NCBI GenBank assembly: GCA_963575745.1
Contig: CAUYUJ010000263.1
Location: 1 to 64,000 of the forward strand
Origin: Prorocentrum cordatum
Lineage: Eukaryota
DNA length: 64,000 bases
Direction: 5' to 3'
The translations under genes were made by a program, and so were the position numbers. Positions within the stretch are counted from its first letter, which is position 1; each line of letters begins with the position of its first letter. Positions 10,990 to 22,556 of this stretch are shown here, piece by piece. The notes under the pieces were generated by a model. The model saw only the letters and a program-made list of their open reading frames with translations, searched no databases and was not told where the DNA came from.

Positions 10990-13580
10990 GCCTATGTGTC
11001 AGGCTTGTCCTTTTTGTTTTCGTCGCTCGTGTAATCCATCTTGCGCTTCTTGTCCTCGTTGCCCTCCTCCTTGTTGTGGTCCATGCCCCGTTATTTGGCG
11101 TTGCCGTCCTCGTACATGACACCTTCAAGACGGACGTCCTTGCCCTCGATATTGTGGTCGTTACCTTTGTTGCCGCCCTCGTCGATGCAGGGCCATTCGA
11201 AGGCGATGCTTATGAACAGGGGGAGGTTGTAGTTGATGGGGCCGGTGGCCTTCCAAGCCCCCTGTGGTACGTCCTCGCCTATCTCGTAGCGCGCGCGGAT
11301 GCAGTAGTGTATGTCCCCGTTTGGCAACGGGTTGGCAAAATTGGTAGAAGTTGGTTCAGGTGTCTTTCGACGGTGGTTTTATTGATCATATGTCCGTCTG
11401 TAGTGCCAGTTTGCCCTTGCGCGTCCCAGCTGTGATCCTCCACGCAGCGCTAGCCGAATAGCAGGCACTCGAGCGCTGTGCGTGCTTGTGCTTCGACAGG
11501 GGCGTCGGCTGCCGACCGGCGAACTGTTGACGAGCCTCTTCCGCCCCACTCCTTTTCGTCATAGCGTCGTGGGCTGTGGACAATCACCATCATCACGGTA
11601 GCCGTACATTACGATCTGGCCCAAGTAATGCACAGGGTAATCGCTCAAATTGTCGAAGAGTTTGTGTTGGAGGATGTCCTTGAGCGTCTTGTTTCTCATG
11701 GGCGTACTTGTAGGGATCGGAATGGCAATGTGTTTGTCCTTGATGATGATGACCTCGTCCGTGTACTCGGTGGCGGTCATGTAGAGAAACCACTTGCGTG
11801 GAAAGAGGATGTGGTGGCCAAAACGGATATAGCCCGTGCCGCTCGTCATGAGTTGCGCCTGGGCAGCGGTCATGGTGTATTCATCGGGCTTGTAGTCGCC
11901 ACTGGCCTTGTAGAAGGTGAGGTGGCTGTTCTGGTGGCGCTTGATGTGGTGCCGTACTCCTTGTCTGATTTCTTCCATCCGGAAGTATACCGATTCTGCA
12001 TTGGCTTGGTGGCTAAAATTTGCGACGGGCGACGACCACCTTGGTCAGTGTCTGTATCCACTTGTTTTCTGCTTGGAAAGTGGCGTCGTAGATGCCGCGT
12101 TCATGTGCGTCGTGCCTTCCATGTTGTCGTATTTGACTTGCTCGGGGCCGTATTGCATTGTGACCGCCATGTCCGCCGTGAGGTATCCTACAAGTTCACT
12201 GTACGCCCGGCTTGAAGCTTGTGGCTGGTGAGCTCGAAAGTTGAGGGGGTGTACATGCAATGCGGGCTGGGGATACGCAACTGCGCTACTAGTAGGCTAC
12301 GCAGTACATCACGATGGTGTCCCGTGATGCTCCCGTTGGAACTGGGGTCATCAAAGTTGATGGTGCTTACAAGTGTTGGTGGGCTGGGTTGGCGATGGGT
12401 GACGGCGATGACGTAAGGTCGTTGCGGCGTGCCCCGAGAAGCGTTGGTAGCGCTCAGCGTATGCCGCATTGCCTACCATGATCGGTCGGGTCAATTCTCT
12501 CGAGGTCCTTCCAGTACGTGTTCCATCTGTCCGCGTCCTCCCGAGACGGCGTACGTGTCGCTAGCCTAGGCTGGGGAGGCTGGCAATCTCCGCTTGGGTG
12601 GCTTGCTGAGTTGCGTCCATCTCGCTGACAGTCGTAGTAGCCAGTGCAGAAGTTATCGTCACGTGGGCTCGTACCCAGCATCTGAATCAGCGCATCGTCT
12701 GCAATCCCCGTCGGTGCATAGAGCTCTTTGTTGATGTCGAGAGTGTTCAAGGATTCCATGTTTGCGTTTGCCTCCTCAGCTTTTCGCCCAGCAGAGTCTG
12801 GTTGTATCTGCTGCTGCTGGTCAAGTCGTACGTAAAACTTTTCAAACTGTTTGCGGACGTATGTTGGCGCTTGGCTTGGATGCAGTACTAGTCCCCATGC
12901 GTTTTTGAAGGCACGTCTCAGGAATTCGCATAACTTGGGGGACATTACCATCCGCCCTGTCATTGCGCAGTGCGATACGTGACCTCCCTCCCTTATGGTT
13001 GCAGCGACCGTGGTTCTCTAGCGAAGCTCCTGCCAATTGCAAGTGGGAGCTGAAGGGTAGCACGCAAGAGTCCGTTTCCCATTCGCAGCTGCGCGTCCTT
13101 GCTGTTGAGCCATCTGTATCTCCAAGGTCCGTCTTCGTCTCGTAGAAAAATAGGTACCCCATCCTTTCGTTCACGTGGTTGGTTCCACCTGGCTCCGCTC
13201 CACGTTTTGCATGTTGGTGCGGCGTGAATGCTAACTGCCAGCCCCGTACGCATGAGACTGATCCAGAAGTCCCTCGCTTCATGGACTGGCAGGTTGTCCC
13301 AGTGTGGGTCATTGGTTAAGCCCAGGCTCGTGATTCGGACCTGTCAGCTATTTTCGCTTTCGGCGTAGTGCTTGAAATCTCGTTCTTTGCGGCGGCCCCG
13401 TGCAGGCCCCGTCGGGCGGCTTTTTGTTGGCCGCTCCGCGTGCTCCCCGGGGGACCTGGCGCACGGTGCAAGCCTGTGAGCGTTGGGAGTCTCTCGCTCG
13501 TCGAGGAACAGCCTCAGCCGATACAGACAATGAGGCGTTTCAGAAAGGGCCTCGCCTTCGAGAGTTGTAGGAGTTTCCAT
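10990..13580 (-). pseudogene. Decayed ORF: N-terminal C5-cytosine-methyltransferase-like domain (~13410-12900) followed by an unknown domain
   Basis: One frame with a single stop reads GRRKERDFKHYAE..*QVRITSLGLTNDPHWDNL..RDFWISLMRTGLAVSIHAAPTCKTWSGAR...GPW...QLRMGNGLLRAT, then after frameshifts CNHKGG..IAL and PKLCEFLRRAF. Downstream ORF pieces 12454-12963, 12188-12469, 11559-11978 and 11091-11327 are all on the minus strand. Confidence 0.55.
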
Positions 13581-13732
13581 CTCTTCCTCGGCGGAAGGTG
13601 GCGGAAGTGAAACGAGGTCGCCTCCGCCGACGGAAGCCGGCGGTAGCCGGCGCAATGCCGGCGGAGGGCGGCGGAAGCAAAAGTGTGCGTGCACGCATGC
13701 GTGTGCGTGTTCTTCTCTTCTCGTTGTTTCGT

Positions 13733-15150
13733 TTCTCATTCTGTGGTGTTGGGTCCTCGGTATGGATCTGCAGCGCCACGCGTCTCCGTCTCCTTCTCCT
13801 CCTCCACCTCATCCCTCCACCTCCTCATCAACATCTTCTTCCGTCTTCGCATTTCGGCACACCCCTAACGTGTTTTGTGGCGCACAGGGAGCTCCACATG
13901 CGGCCCCAGTTGGTGTGTTCACATGGCCACCCCTCACGAGGATCGTGCTTCACAGGGAGCCGCACCTGTGGCCCTAGTGGGTGCATTCGTATGGCGTCCC
14001 CGCGCCCATTTCGGCACACCCCTCACGAGGATTGTGCCCCACAGGGAGCTGCACCTACGGCCCTAGTGGGTGCGTTGACCTAGCTTCCCCGCGCTCATTT
14101 CGGCACCTCACTCACGAGGATCACGCCCCACAGGGAGCTCTTCCAGGGGCCCTAGTAGGTGCATTCGCATGGCGCCCCCGCGCGCATGTCGGCACACCTC
14201 TCATGAAGATCGTTCCCCAAAGGGAGCTCCACCTACGGCCCTAGTGGGTGCACTCGCATGGCGTCCCCCGCGCCCATTTCGGCACGCCCCTCACGAGGAC
14301 TGTGCCCCACAGGGATCTACACCTACTGCCCCAGTGGGTGTGTTGACATGGCGTCCCCGCGCCCATCTCGGCACTCCATCCACGAGGATCATGCCCTCCA
14401 GGGAGCTCCACCTATGGCCCCACTGGGTGCGTTCGCATGGCGCCGCCGATCCCAGATGGGCACACCCCTAGCACGCCAGGTAGCCTCACAGGGAGCTCCT
14501 GCGAAGGCACCAGTGGCAGAGTTCGCACGCGTCTCCCCGCACAATTTCGGTACACCCCTCGCACGCTTCGTGGCCCCATCGGGAGCTGCGTTGCATACGG
14601 CACTTGCGGTGTACGACGATGCTGTGGTGTACACGCGCGCTGAGGTGCACGCGAGGCGCCGGTCATTCCTAGGCATTCCCGGACGTCGACGGCGCGGAAC
14701 GTGACGTCACCTGGAGGGGGGGGACGCCGGGCCGGTGACGGCCGCTACCGCGGAGCATAAAAACACCACGCGTCTCCCCGCGCCATTTCGGCACACCCGT
14801 CGCACCCATCGCGGCCCCACAGGGAGTGTTTCCGAAGGCTCCAGTGGCAGGGTTCGCATGCTTCCGCCCCACCCATGTCGACACACCCTTCGCACGCTTC
14901 GTGGCCCCATCGGGAGCTCCTGCGAAGGCCCCAGTGGCAGGGTTCGCATGCGCCTCCCCGCACCATTTCGTCACACCCCTCGTACAGTACGCTCCGTGGC
15001 CATATAGGGAGCTTCATCGAAGGCGCCAGTGGCGGGGTTCGCATGCGTCCCCTCGCAATATGCCGGCACATCCCTCACACACCTTTCGCGGCCCCATGGG
15101 GGGCTCTTTCGAAAGCCCCAGTGGCAGGGTTCGCAAAAGCATGTTTACTT
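13733..15150 (-). mobile_element. Diverged copy of the 77-bp-satellite element (same family as 55045-57654), reverse orientation; related units at 18300-18740
   Basis: Units GGCCCCACAGGGAGCTCC..GGCCCCAGTGG are the reverse complement of the 77-bp unit; CTGTGGTGTTGGGTCCTCG at 13741-13759 matches the family end at 57624-57642; adjacent (CTC)-rich tract. Confidence 0.7.
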
Positions 15151-15299
15151 TTTTACTCTGGGGCGATGACGGCCGTCACCCCACCAGGGGCGGGGGCTGA
15201 AGGATGCCAGTGACGTTTGACGTCGCGTTTCGCGCCGGCGGCGTCTGCGAATGCTTAGGATTGACCGAGGACGGGTAGCAGCAGCATGTAGGTGGCGAT

Positions 15300-15550
15300 C
15301 TGCACTACAGCGCCTGTGTACACCACAGTGCTCGCTTGCACAACAGCGCTTGTGTACACCACAGCGCCTACGTACACCACAGCAGCCGCGTGCAACACAG
15401 CGCCAGTGTGCACCAAAGCGACGGCGTGCACCACAGCGCTTGTGTACACCACAGCGCCTGCGTACACCACATCAGCCGTGTGCAACACAGCACTAGCTCC
15501 ACAGTGCCTGTGTACACCACAGCGTGCGTGTGCACCACAGCAACCGCTTA
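15300..15550 (+). repeat. 18-bp minisatellite (GTGTACACCACAGCGCCT)n; inverted copy at 17875-18170
   Basis: Direct reading on both strands. Confidence 0.85.
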
Positions 15551-15923
15551 CAACAGAACACCATTGTTGCACATAGAATATGGATAACGATCCTTATGAC
15601 AAAGTGGAGCGCCTGTGAATTTCACTAAAAACAATGCTTTAACAAAGGATGTGGAAAGGAATGGTTCTGGAAAAAGGAGCGCCTCTGGAATCTCCAAGTC
15701 CTTCCGAGTCCTCCCGCATCACCCTGATTCCTCCCATCTGCGCCCAGAAGGCTCCCGCAGAGTTGGCCGTCCGAGAACCATGTGGACTGCTTCAATAGAC
15801 AATCTTTCCGGGATCGTTTCAACGCCAGCTTGGAGCGCGAATTGCACAATGCACGTGGCAGGTTTTTGGATGAATTCCGGGCTGGGGAGTTGTCATGCGT
15901 GCACACACCTGTGTAGCAATTTT

Positions 15924-17292
15924 CCCGGAAAGGGCTTAAGCCCAGGGTTCTCTTTTAGTAGGTAAACCTGTCCCCCGGTGCCTGCTTGAAGGAGGCCGGC
16001 GAATTTTTTCCCTGATAAATAACGAGGTCGAAGGAGGCCGGCGAATTTTTCCCTGATAAATAACGAGCCCGCGAATTAAAATTTGAGGATGTCTCGAGCG
16101 AAACGCTTGTTTTTGAGCGCCCGCGAATTAAAATTTGAGGATGTCTCGAGCGAAACGCTTGTTTTTCAGAATTTGTCGAGGATGTCTCGAGCGAAACGCT
16201 TGTTTTTCAGAATTTGTTCCCGGAAAGGGCGTAGGCCCAGGGTTCTCTTTTAGTAGGTAAACCTGTCCCCCGGTGCCTGCTTGAAGGAGGCCGGCGAATT
16301 TTTTCCCTGATAAATAACGAGCCGGCGAATTGCCGGCGAATTTTTTCCCTGGTAAATAAATAACGAGCCGCCGGCGAATTAAAATTTGAGGATGTCTTGA
16401 GCGAAACGCTTGTTTCCATGCACGACCATACCCCAGCACGACCACACCCCAGCACGACCAGCACGACCCACCCCAGCACGACCCCACCCCAGCACGACCC
16501 CACCCCAGCACGACCCGCCCCAGCACGACCCTACCCCAGCAAGACCACACCCCAGCACGACCACACCCCAGCACGACCTCACCACAGCACGACCACACCC
16601 CAGCACGACCACGCCCCAGCACGACCACGCCCCAGCACGACCACGCCCCAGCACGACCACCCCCCAGCACGACCAGCACCCACCAGCACGACCACCCCCC
16701 AGCACGACCACGCCCCAGCACGACCACACCCCAGCACGACCACACCCCAGCACGACCACCCCCAGCACGCACCCCCAGCACGACCACACCCCAGCACGAC
16801 CCCACCCCAGCACGACCCCACCCTAGCAAGACCACACCCCAGCACGACCACACCCCAGCACGACCTCACCACAGCACGACCACACCCCAGCACGACCACG
16901 CCCCAGCACGACCACGCCCCAGCACGACCACGCCCCAGCACAACCACCCCCCAGCACGACCACCCCCCCAGCACGACCACACCCCAGCACGACCACCCCC
17001 CAGCACGACCACACCCCAGCACGACCACTCCCCAGCACGACCACACCGCCTTGGTTGAGTGGTTGCCTGTCGTCGTGGAATGTTTCGTGGGGTGTCTCGT
17101 GGAATGTTTCGCGGGGTGTCTCCTGGAATGTTTCGTGAGGTGTCTCGCGGAATGTTTCGTGAGGTGTCTCGTGGGATGTTTCGTGAGGTGTCTCGTGGGA
17201 TGTTTCGTGAGGTGTTGCCCCGTTGGGTATCGTGAAAACGTGCCCATGCTCCACATGTCTATATCCCTTTCCGGGTTCGTGGGTCCATCATG
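15924..17292 (+). mobile_element. Non-autonomous asymmetric-TIR element (Helitron2/Helentron-like), copy A, with a duplicated 5' end at 16219
   Basis: Starts T-run|CCCGGAAAGGG; contains GAGGATGTCTCGAGCGAAACGCTTG modules, the 16-bp satellite CCCCAGCACGACCACA and 24-bp GTGGAATGTTTCGTGAGGTGTCTC repeats; ends CCCTTTCCGGG-TTCGTGGGTCCATCATG|T-run. Confidence 0.8.
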
Positions 17293-19770
17293 TTTTTGAA
17301 GCGTGAGGGTTGTGTTGAATATTCGATTTGGTGTTCGCCGATGCATGTTTTCCGAAGTGCATGCGTGAGTCACGCCTTTCCCGCAAGCGGGACGAGACGT
17401 CTTAGGGCGCTCGATCGGACGTCGTGTTTTCTGGTTCACGACGAATTTATGTCCTCCACTCTCGAGGGTCGAGTTTCGAGGCTCTCTGCCTTTCGGGTGC
17501 CATCCCCTCCCCCCCCACCTCCTCCCACTTTCCCCCACGTCTTCCCAGCTACTCTCACATCACCCCACCTCTCACCGCCTCCCACCTCCTCCCACGTCCT
17601 CCCACCTCCTCCAAACTCGTCCCATCTTCTCTCCCACCTCCTTTCCACGTCCTCCCGAGTCCTTCCACCTCTCCCCACCTCATCCCATCTCCTCCCACGT
17701 CCACCCGAGTCCCCCCGAGTCCCCCCACTTCTTCCCGCGTCCCCCCGTGTCCTCCCATGTCCACCCGCGAGGAGGGAAGAAAATCGCATTACATGTTCAG
17801 CACTCCCCTTGCGTGGTGCTTCGCGGTCCGCAGCATATCCTCACCTACGTACTCTTTCCACCTGTCCTGTGCACGCAGGCACTGTGGTGTACGCCATCGC
17901 TGTGTTGCACGGCTGTGGTGTACACCGGCGCCTTGGTGTGCACAGGCGCTGCGGTGCACGAAAGCATTGTGGTGTACACAGGCGCTGTGTTGCAGGCGGC
18001 TGCTGCGGTGTACGCATTCGTTTTGGTGTACACAGGCGTTGTGGTGCACGCAAGCACTGTGGTGTACACAGGTGCTGCGTTGCACACGGCATTTGCGGTG
18101 TACAACGACGCTGTGGTGTACACGCGCGCTGAGGTGCACGCGAGCGCTGTGGTGTACACAGACGGTGTGGCGCAGAGCGCCATCTACACGCTGGTCCTAC
18201 TTGGCTTTGGTCATTCCTCGGCGTTCCCGGACGTCGACGGCGCAGAACGTGACGTCACCTGGAGGGGGGGGACGCCGGGCCGGTGACGGCCGCTACCGCG
18301 GAGCATAAAAAATTAACCCCGCGCCATTTCTGCACACCCGTCGCACGCATCGCGGCCCCACAGGGAGTGTTTCCGAAGGCTCCAGTGGCAGGGTTCGCAT
18401 GCGTCGGCCCAGCCAATGTCGACACACCCTTCGCACGCTTGAGCTCCTGCGAAGGTCCCAATGGCAGGGTTCGCATGCGCCTCCCCGCACCATTTCGTCA
18501 CACCCCTCACGCGCTTCAGGGCCCCATATGAGAGTTTCCCCGAAGACCCCAGCCAATGGCAGGGCTTGCTTCTCCCCGCACTATTTCGGCAAACCCCTCG
18601 CACGTTCCGGGGCCCGACAAGAAGCTGCTGCGAAGGCCCCAGTGGAAGCGACAGGGTTCGCATGGTACCACCTTGCCCATTTCGGCATAAACTCACACGC
18701 CTCGTGGCCCCAAAGGGAGCCCCACCGAAAGCGCTACCCACACCATGGTACTCACATCTGCTTACGGATGGGTATGTATCACACAGATATGGACAGACGC
18801 GCAGTCACACATGAGCACACGCAGATCCGCATTCACGGAAGGTTGTTCGCACCCGGACACATACATGAAGCACAGGCTTGCACACATACGCGCACCTATG
18901 CCTACCATTGCGTACGCACGTACAAACACGGAAGGCGAATCCATATACATATATACCTATACGACCACCCTTCGGGTGATAAGGAGGTACGGGGAGGGGG
19001 AGGAACCAACGTCTCACTCGATCGGTCTCACTATCGATCTCACGATCGATCTGACTATCGGTCTCGCTCGATCGATCTCACTCGATCGATCTCACAACCG
19101 CTATCACTCGATCTGTTTCATTCGATCGATCTCACAATCGATCTGATTATCGATCTCACAATCGATGTCACTACCGATCTGACTATCGATCTCACAGTCG
19201 ATCCCACATTCGGTCTCACTATCGATCTCACTATCGGTATCACAATCGATCTCACAATCAAAGTCATCTTCAACATCAACATCAGCTTCATCAACGTCAT
19301 CAACATCATCATCATCACCATCATCATCGGGACACCATCATCATCATCACCTCATCACCACCATCAGCAACCTCATCATCACCATCATCATCGGGACGCC
19401 ATCATCGTCACCATCATCATAATCAACATCGTCATCATCGGGAACACCACTATCTTCATCATAATTGTTATCTCATCGTCAGCATCATGAACAACATCAT
19501 CAACATAATCATCATCATCATCGGGACACCATCATCCGCAACATCGTCATCAACATCATCACCATCGGTAACCCATCATCATCGGCACCATCATCATCAT
19601 CACCATCATCATCATCGGGAAGCCATCATCATCGACATCAGCATCATCGTCATCACCATCATCGGGCCACCATCACCAAATTCATCATCATCACATCATC
19701 ATTCTCAGTATCAACATCATCATAATCATCATCACCATCGGGACACCATCATCGTCATCATCATTTTCAA

Positions 19771-19804
<34 letters not shown>

Positions 19805-19808
19805 GGGG

Positions 19809-19830
19809 TCCGTAGCCATTTTGGCTCAAG
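19809..19830 (+). other. Genomic copy of the dinoflagellate spliced leader (DinoSL)
   Basis: TCCGTAGCCATTTTGGCTCAAG is an exact match to the DCCGTAGCCATTTTGGCTCAAG consensus and lies 77 nt upstream of the 14-3-3 ATG. No SL-RNA intron (GT...) follows. Confidence 0.97.
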
Positions 19831-19907
19831 GCGAAGAGATTTCCAATCAGATTGGAGATACGTAGCATCGGCCGGGGGTCCACCTCGCAAAACAGCCAGT
19901 TGTAGGG

Positions 19908-20630
19908 ATGGCAGTGAATCGCGATAAGGAGGTTTACTTCGCGAAGCTTGCGGAGCAAGCGGAGCGCTACGACGAGATGGCGACTCACATGGAGGCAGTG
20001 GGGAAGTCAGGGGACGAGCTGTCAGTTGAAGAACGCAATCTCTTGTCCGTGGCCTACAAGAACGCCGTGGGTTCGCGCCGCGCTGCATGGCGTATCATCA
20101 CCAGCGTGGAGCAGAAGGAGACTAGCAAGGGCAACGAGGAAAATGCAAAGTTCGCGAAGGAGTATTGCAAGAAGGTGGAGGGTGAGCTCGATGACATTTG
20201 CAAGAAGATCCTTGCCGTGTTGGACAACAGTCTCATCGGAAAGGCAACCACAGGCGAGTCGAAGGTCTTCTACCAGAAGATGAAGGCCGACTACTACCGC
20301 TACATTGCCGAGTACACAACCGGTGCTGACAAGGAAAAGGCTTCGAACGACGCCAAATTAGCCTACGAGGAGGCGCAAGCGATTGCCGACAAGGACTTGG
20401 CAGTGACGCACCCGATCCGCCTCGGTCTTGCTCTGAACTTCTCTGTGTTTCAGTACGAGGTGTTGGCGAATCCGGACGAGGCGTGCAAGATGGCGCGCAC
20501 CGCCTTCGAGGACGCCATCGCCGAGCTCGACAACGTCGCAGAGGACTCCTACAAGGACTCCACCCTCATCATGCAGCTGCTCCGCGACAATCTGACGCTC
20601 TGGACCTCGGACCAGGAGGGCGAGCCCTGA
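19908..20630 (+). CDS. 14-3-3: 14-3-3 protein, intact intronless retrocopy (240 aa)
   Basis: Signature motifs [80 protein letters not shown]; no stops or frameshifts. Confidence 0.98.
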   Translation: MAVNRDKEVYFAKLAEQAERYDEMATHMEAVGKSGDELSVEERNLLSVAYKNAVGSRRAAWRIITSVEQKETSKGNEENAKFAKEYCKKVEGELDDICKKILAVLDNSLIGKATTGESKVFYQKMKADYYRYIAEYTTGADKEKASNDAKLAYEEAQAIADKDLAVTHPIRLGLALNFSVFQYEVLANPDEACKMARTAFEDAIAELDNVAEDSYKDSTLIMQLLRDNLTLWTSDQEGEP

Positions 20631-20821
20631 GGAAGGCATGCGCCACAAGCGGGACCCGCCGTCGGAAGAGCGTGCCAGCGGGGTTGCCCAAGGAGCAGCC
20701 GCAGGCACCAGGCGCCTAATTGGCAAGTTGCCGTAAGAGCTCGCCAGCTCGCCAGCGAGGCTGCCCCAGGGAAGCGCCCCCGGGCTCGGCCCATCGACCC
20801 CGTGCGTCAGAAGCAAGCAAC

Positions 20822-20845
20822 AAAAAAAACATCATCATCATCGGG
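20822..20845 (+). other. Poly(A) remnant (A8) and 3' copy of the target-site duplication
   Basis: AAAAAAAA (20822-20829) then CATCATCATCATCGGG (20830-20845), identical to 19792-19807. Confidence 0.8.
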
Positions 20846-20890
20846 ACACCATCATCATCACCATCATCATCAACATCATTATCATCGACC

Positions 20891-20926
<36 letters not shown>

Positions 20927-21129
20927 CCACCGGGACACCATGATCATCTCCATCATAATCATCATCATCTCATCATCACACCATAATCAAGAACATCAAC
21001 ATCATCATCATCGGGACCCCATCATCATAAGCAACATCATCATCAACAACATCATCATTGGGGCGACATCATCATCACCACCATCATCATCATCATCATC
21101 CACATCGTCAACATCATCATCAGCATCAG

Positions 21130-21170
<41 letters not shown>

Positions 21171-21222
21171 GGACACCATCGTCACCATCGCCATCACATC
21201 ATCAGCATCAACATCATCGACG

Positions 21223-21265
<43 letters not shown>

Positions 21266-21266
21266 T

Positions 21267-21313
<47 letters not shown>

Positions 21314-21338
21314 TATCATCATCATTATCATCATCATT

Positions 21339-21378
<40 letters not shown>

Positions 21379-22556
21379 CCGACGGGGCACTGGCGGGACA
21401 CCGGCGGGACACCGCGCGCCACCAGCCCCTGGTCAGGAAAGATTTGGTCCGGCCGCGCATCAGCCGGACGCGGGACACCGTCGGGACACCGCGCGCCACC
21501 GGCCCCCGGTCAGGAAACACTTGGTCCGGCCGCACCTCAGCCGGAGGAGACTTTCTACTGGCCCGCCCACGCAGCTTCGCCCCGCCCGCACGCATGGCAC
21601 GCACGAACACGAAACTGAAACCGATTTCCCGGTAGGGGGGCTCTCCGTTCCACTTCGATCTTACCCCCTCACCTCCGTACATATATATATATATATATGT
21701 ATGTATATATATATGTATATATATATATATCCACATACACACATATATGTACACATGTATATTGTGCATGTCGACTGCGCCAGTCAATACATATCGTCGC
21801 TTGGGAGGCTATTATATTTGTTGACTCCGGTCGTCGCGTTTTGCTTGCTTCGTGCCAATCTTTCATGGCAGCCTTGCGATGCCCCCGCAACGCTTCGGCT
21901 CAGCATATTTTACGTGAGACATCCTAGCCCTCTCTCACATCGCGCCGTCGCCCTTCGGCGTTGCGCCTGATTTCCTCAGAGGAGCGAGACTGCCACGAGT
22001 GGGGCTTCGGGTGCGGACAGGTGACGACTGTAAGTAGGGTGCCGCTGCCTTTCAGAAGTATAAGGAAGGGTTGCACGCATGTGTGTGCTCTCTCTCTCTC
22101 TCTCTCGTTCTCGTTCTCGTTCTCGTTCTCGTTCTCTCTCTCTCTCTCTCTCTATGTATCGTTACCTGACTCTTTATATTTCTCTGTGTCTCTCTCTCTC
22201 TCTCTCTTTCTCAGTCGTTCTCTGACTCTCTCGCTTGTTGCGTACGCGACGACGTAGGTGAACGGCGGAAGTTGAAAGCAATGAGGCAGAGGATGCCACA
22301 TCCTGCTTCCGCTGCTCATCCTGTTCCTGTGCAGCATCCTGTTCTTGCTCCTCCTCGCCTCCTCCTATTCCTGCTTCTCCTCCACCTGCTTCACGCTGCC
22401 GTGCCATCGGCTTTGTGGTTGAATGCGTGGGTGGCCCCCCTTCTCATCGAGAAGTCTTCTCCCGGGCCCAGAGTGGGAAAGCGTCGGCGAGCTCGGCGTG
22501 ATTTGCTCCTCCCGGTGCCTCATCATCCGCTTGCAGACCGCCTCCTCTGGCTTCCT

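Larger units (their letters stand above)
19262..21378 (+). repeat. (CAT)n microsatellite with interspersed CATCGGGACAC units, split by the retrocopy
   Basis: Direct reading; interrupted at 19808-20829. Confidence 0.95.
18961..21680 (-). mobile_element. Putative non-autonomous element with imperfect asymmetric TIRs and a terminal hairpin, in TA-rich microsatellite; contains 12-bp repeats, the (CAT)n tract and the 14-3-3 retrocopy
   Basis: GTACGGGGAGGGGG (18987-19000) vs CCCCCTCACCTCCGTAC (21664-21680); hairpin CACCC-TTC-GGGTG (18966-18978) outside the left repeat; TA-rich flanks on both sides; (ATCGATCTCACT)n at 19015-19260. Confidence 0.45.

Noticed and set aside
19860..19874. Second degenerate relict SL (CGTAGCATCGGC)
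   Set aside because: Too short and gapped; true relicts normally begin at CCATTTTGG.
19809..19900. SL RNA gene
   Set aside because: The SL is followed by an mRNA 5'UTR and CDS, not by the SL-RNA intron.
20802..21635. Poly-His/Ile/Ser ORFs, and the poly-Glu/Asp/Met ORFs at 4109, 36019 and 43456
   Set aside because: Trinucleotide microsatellite translations.
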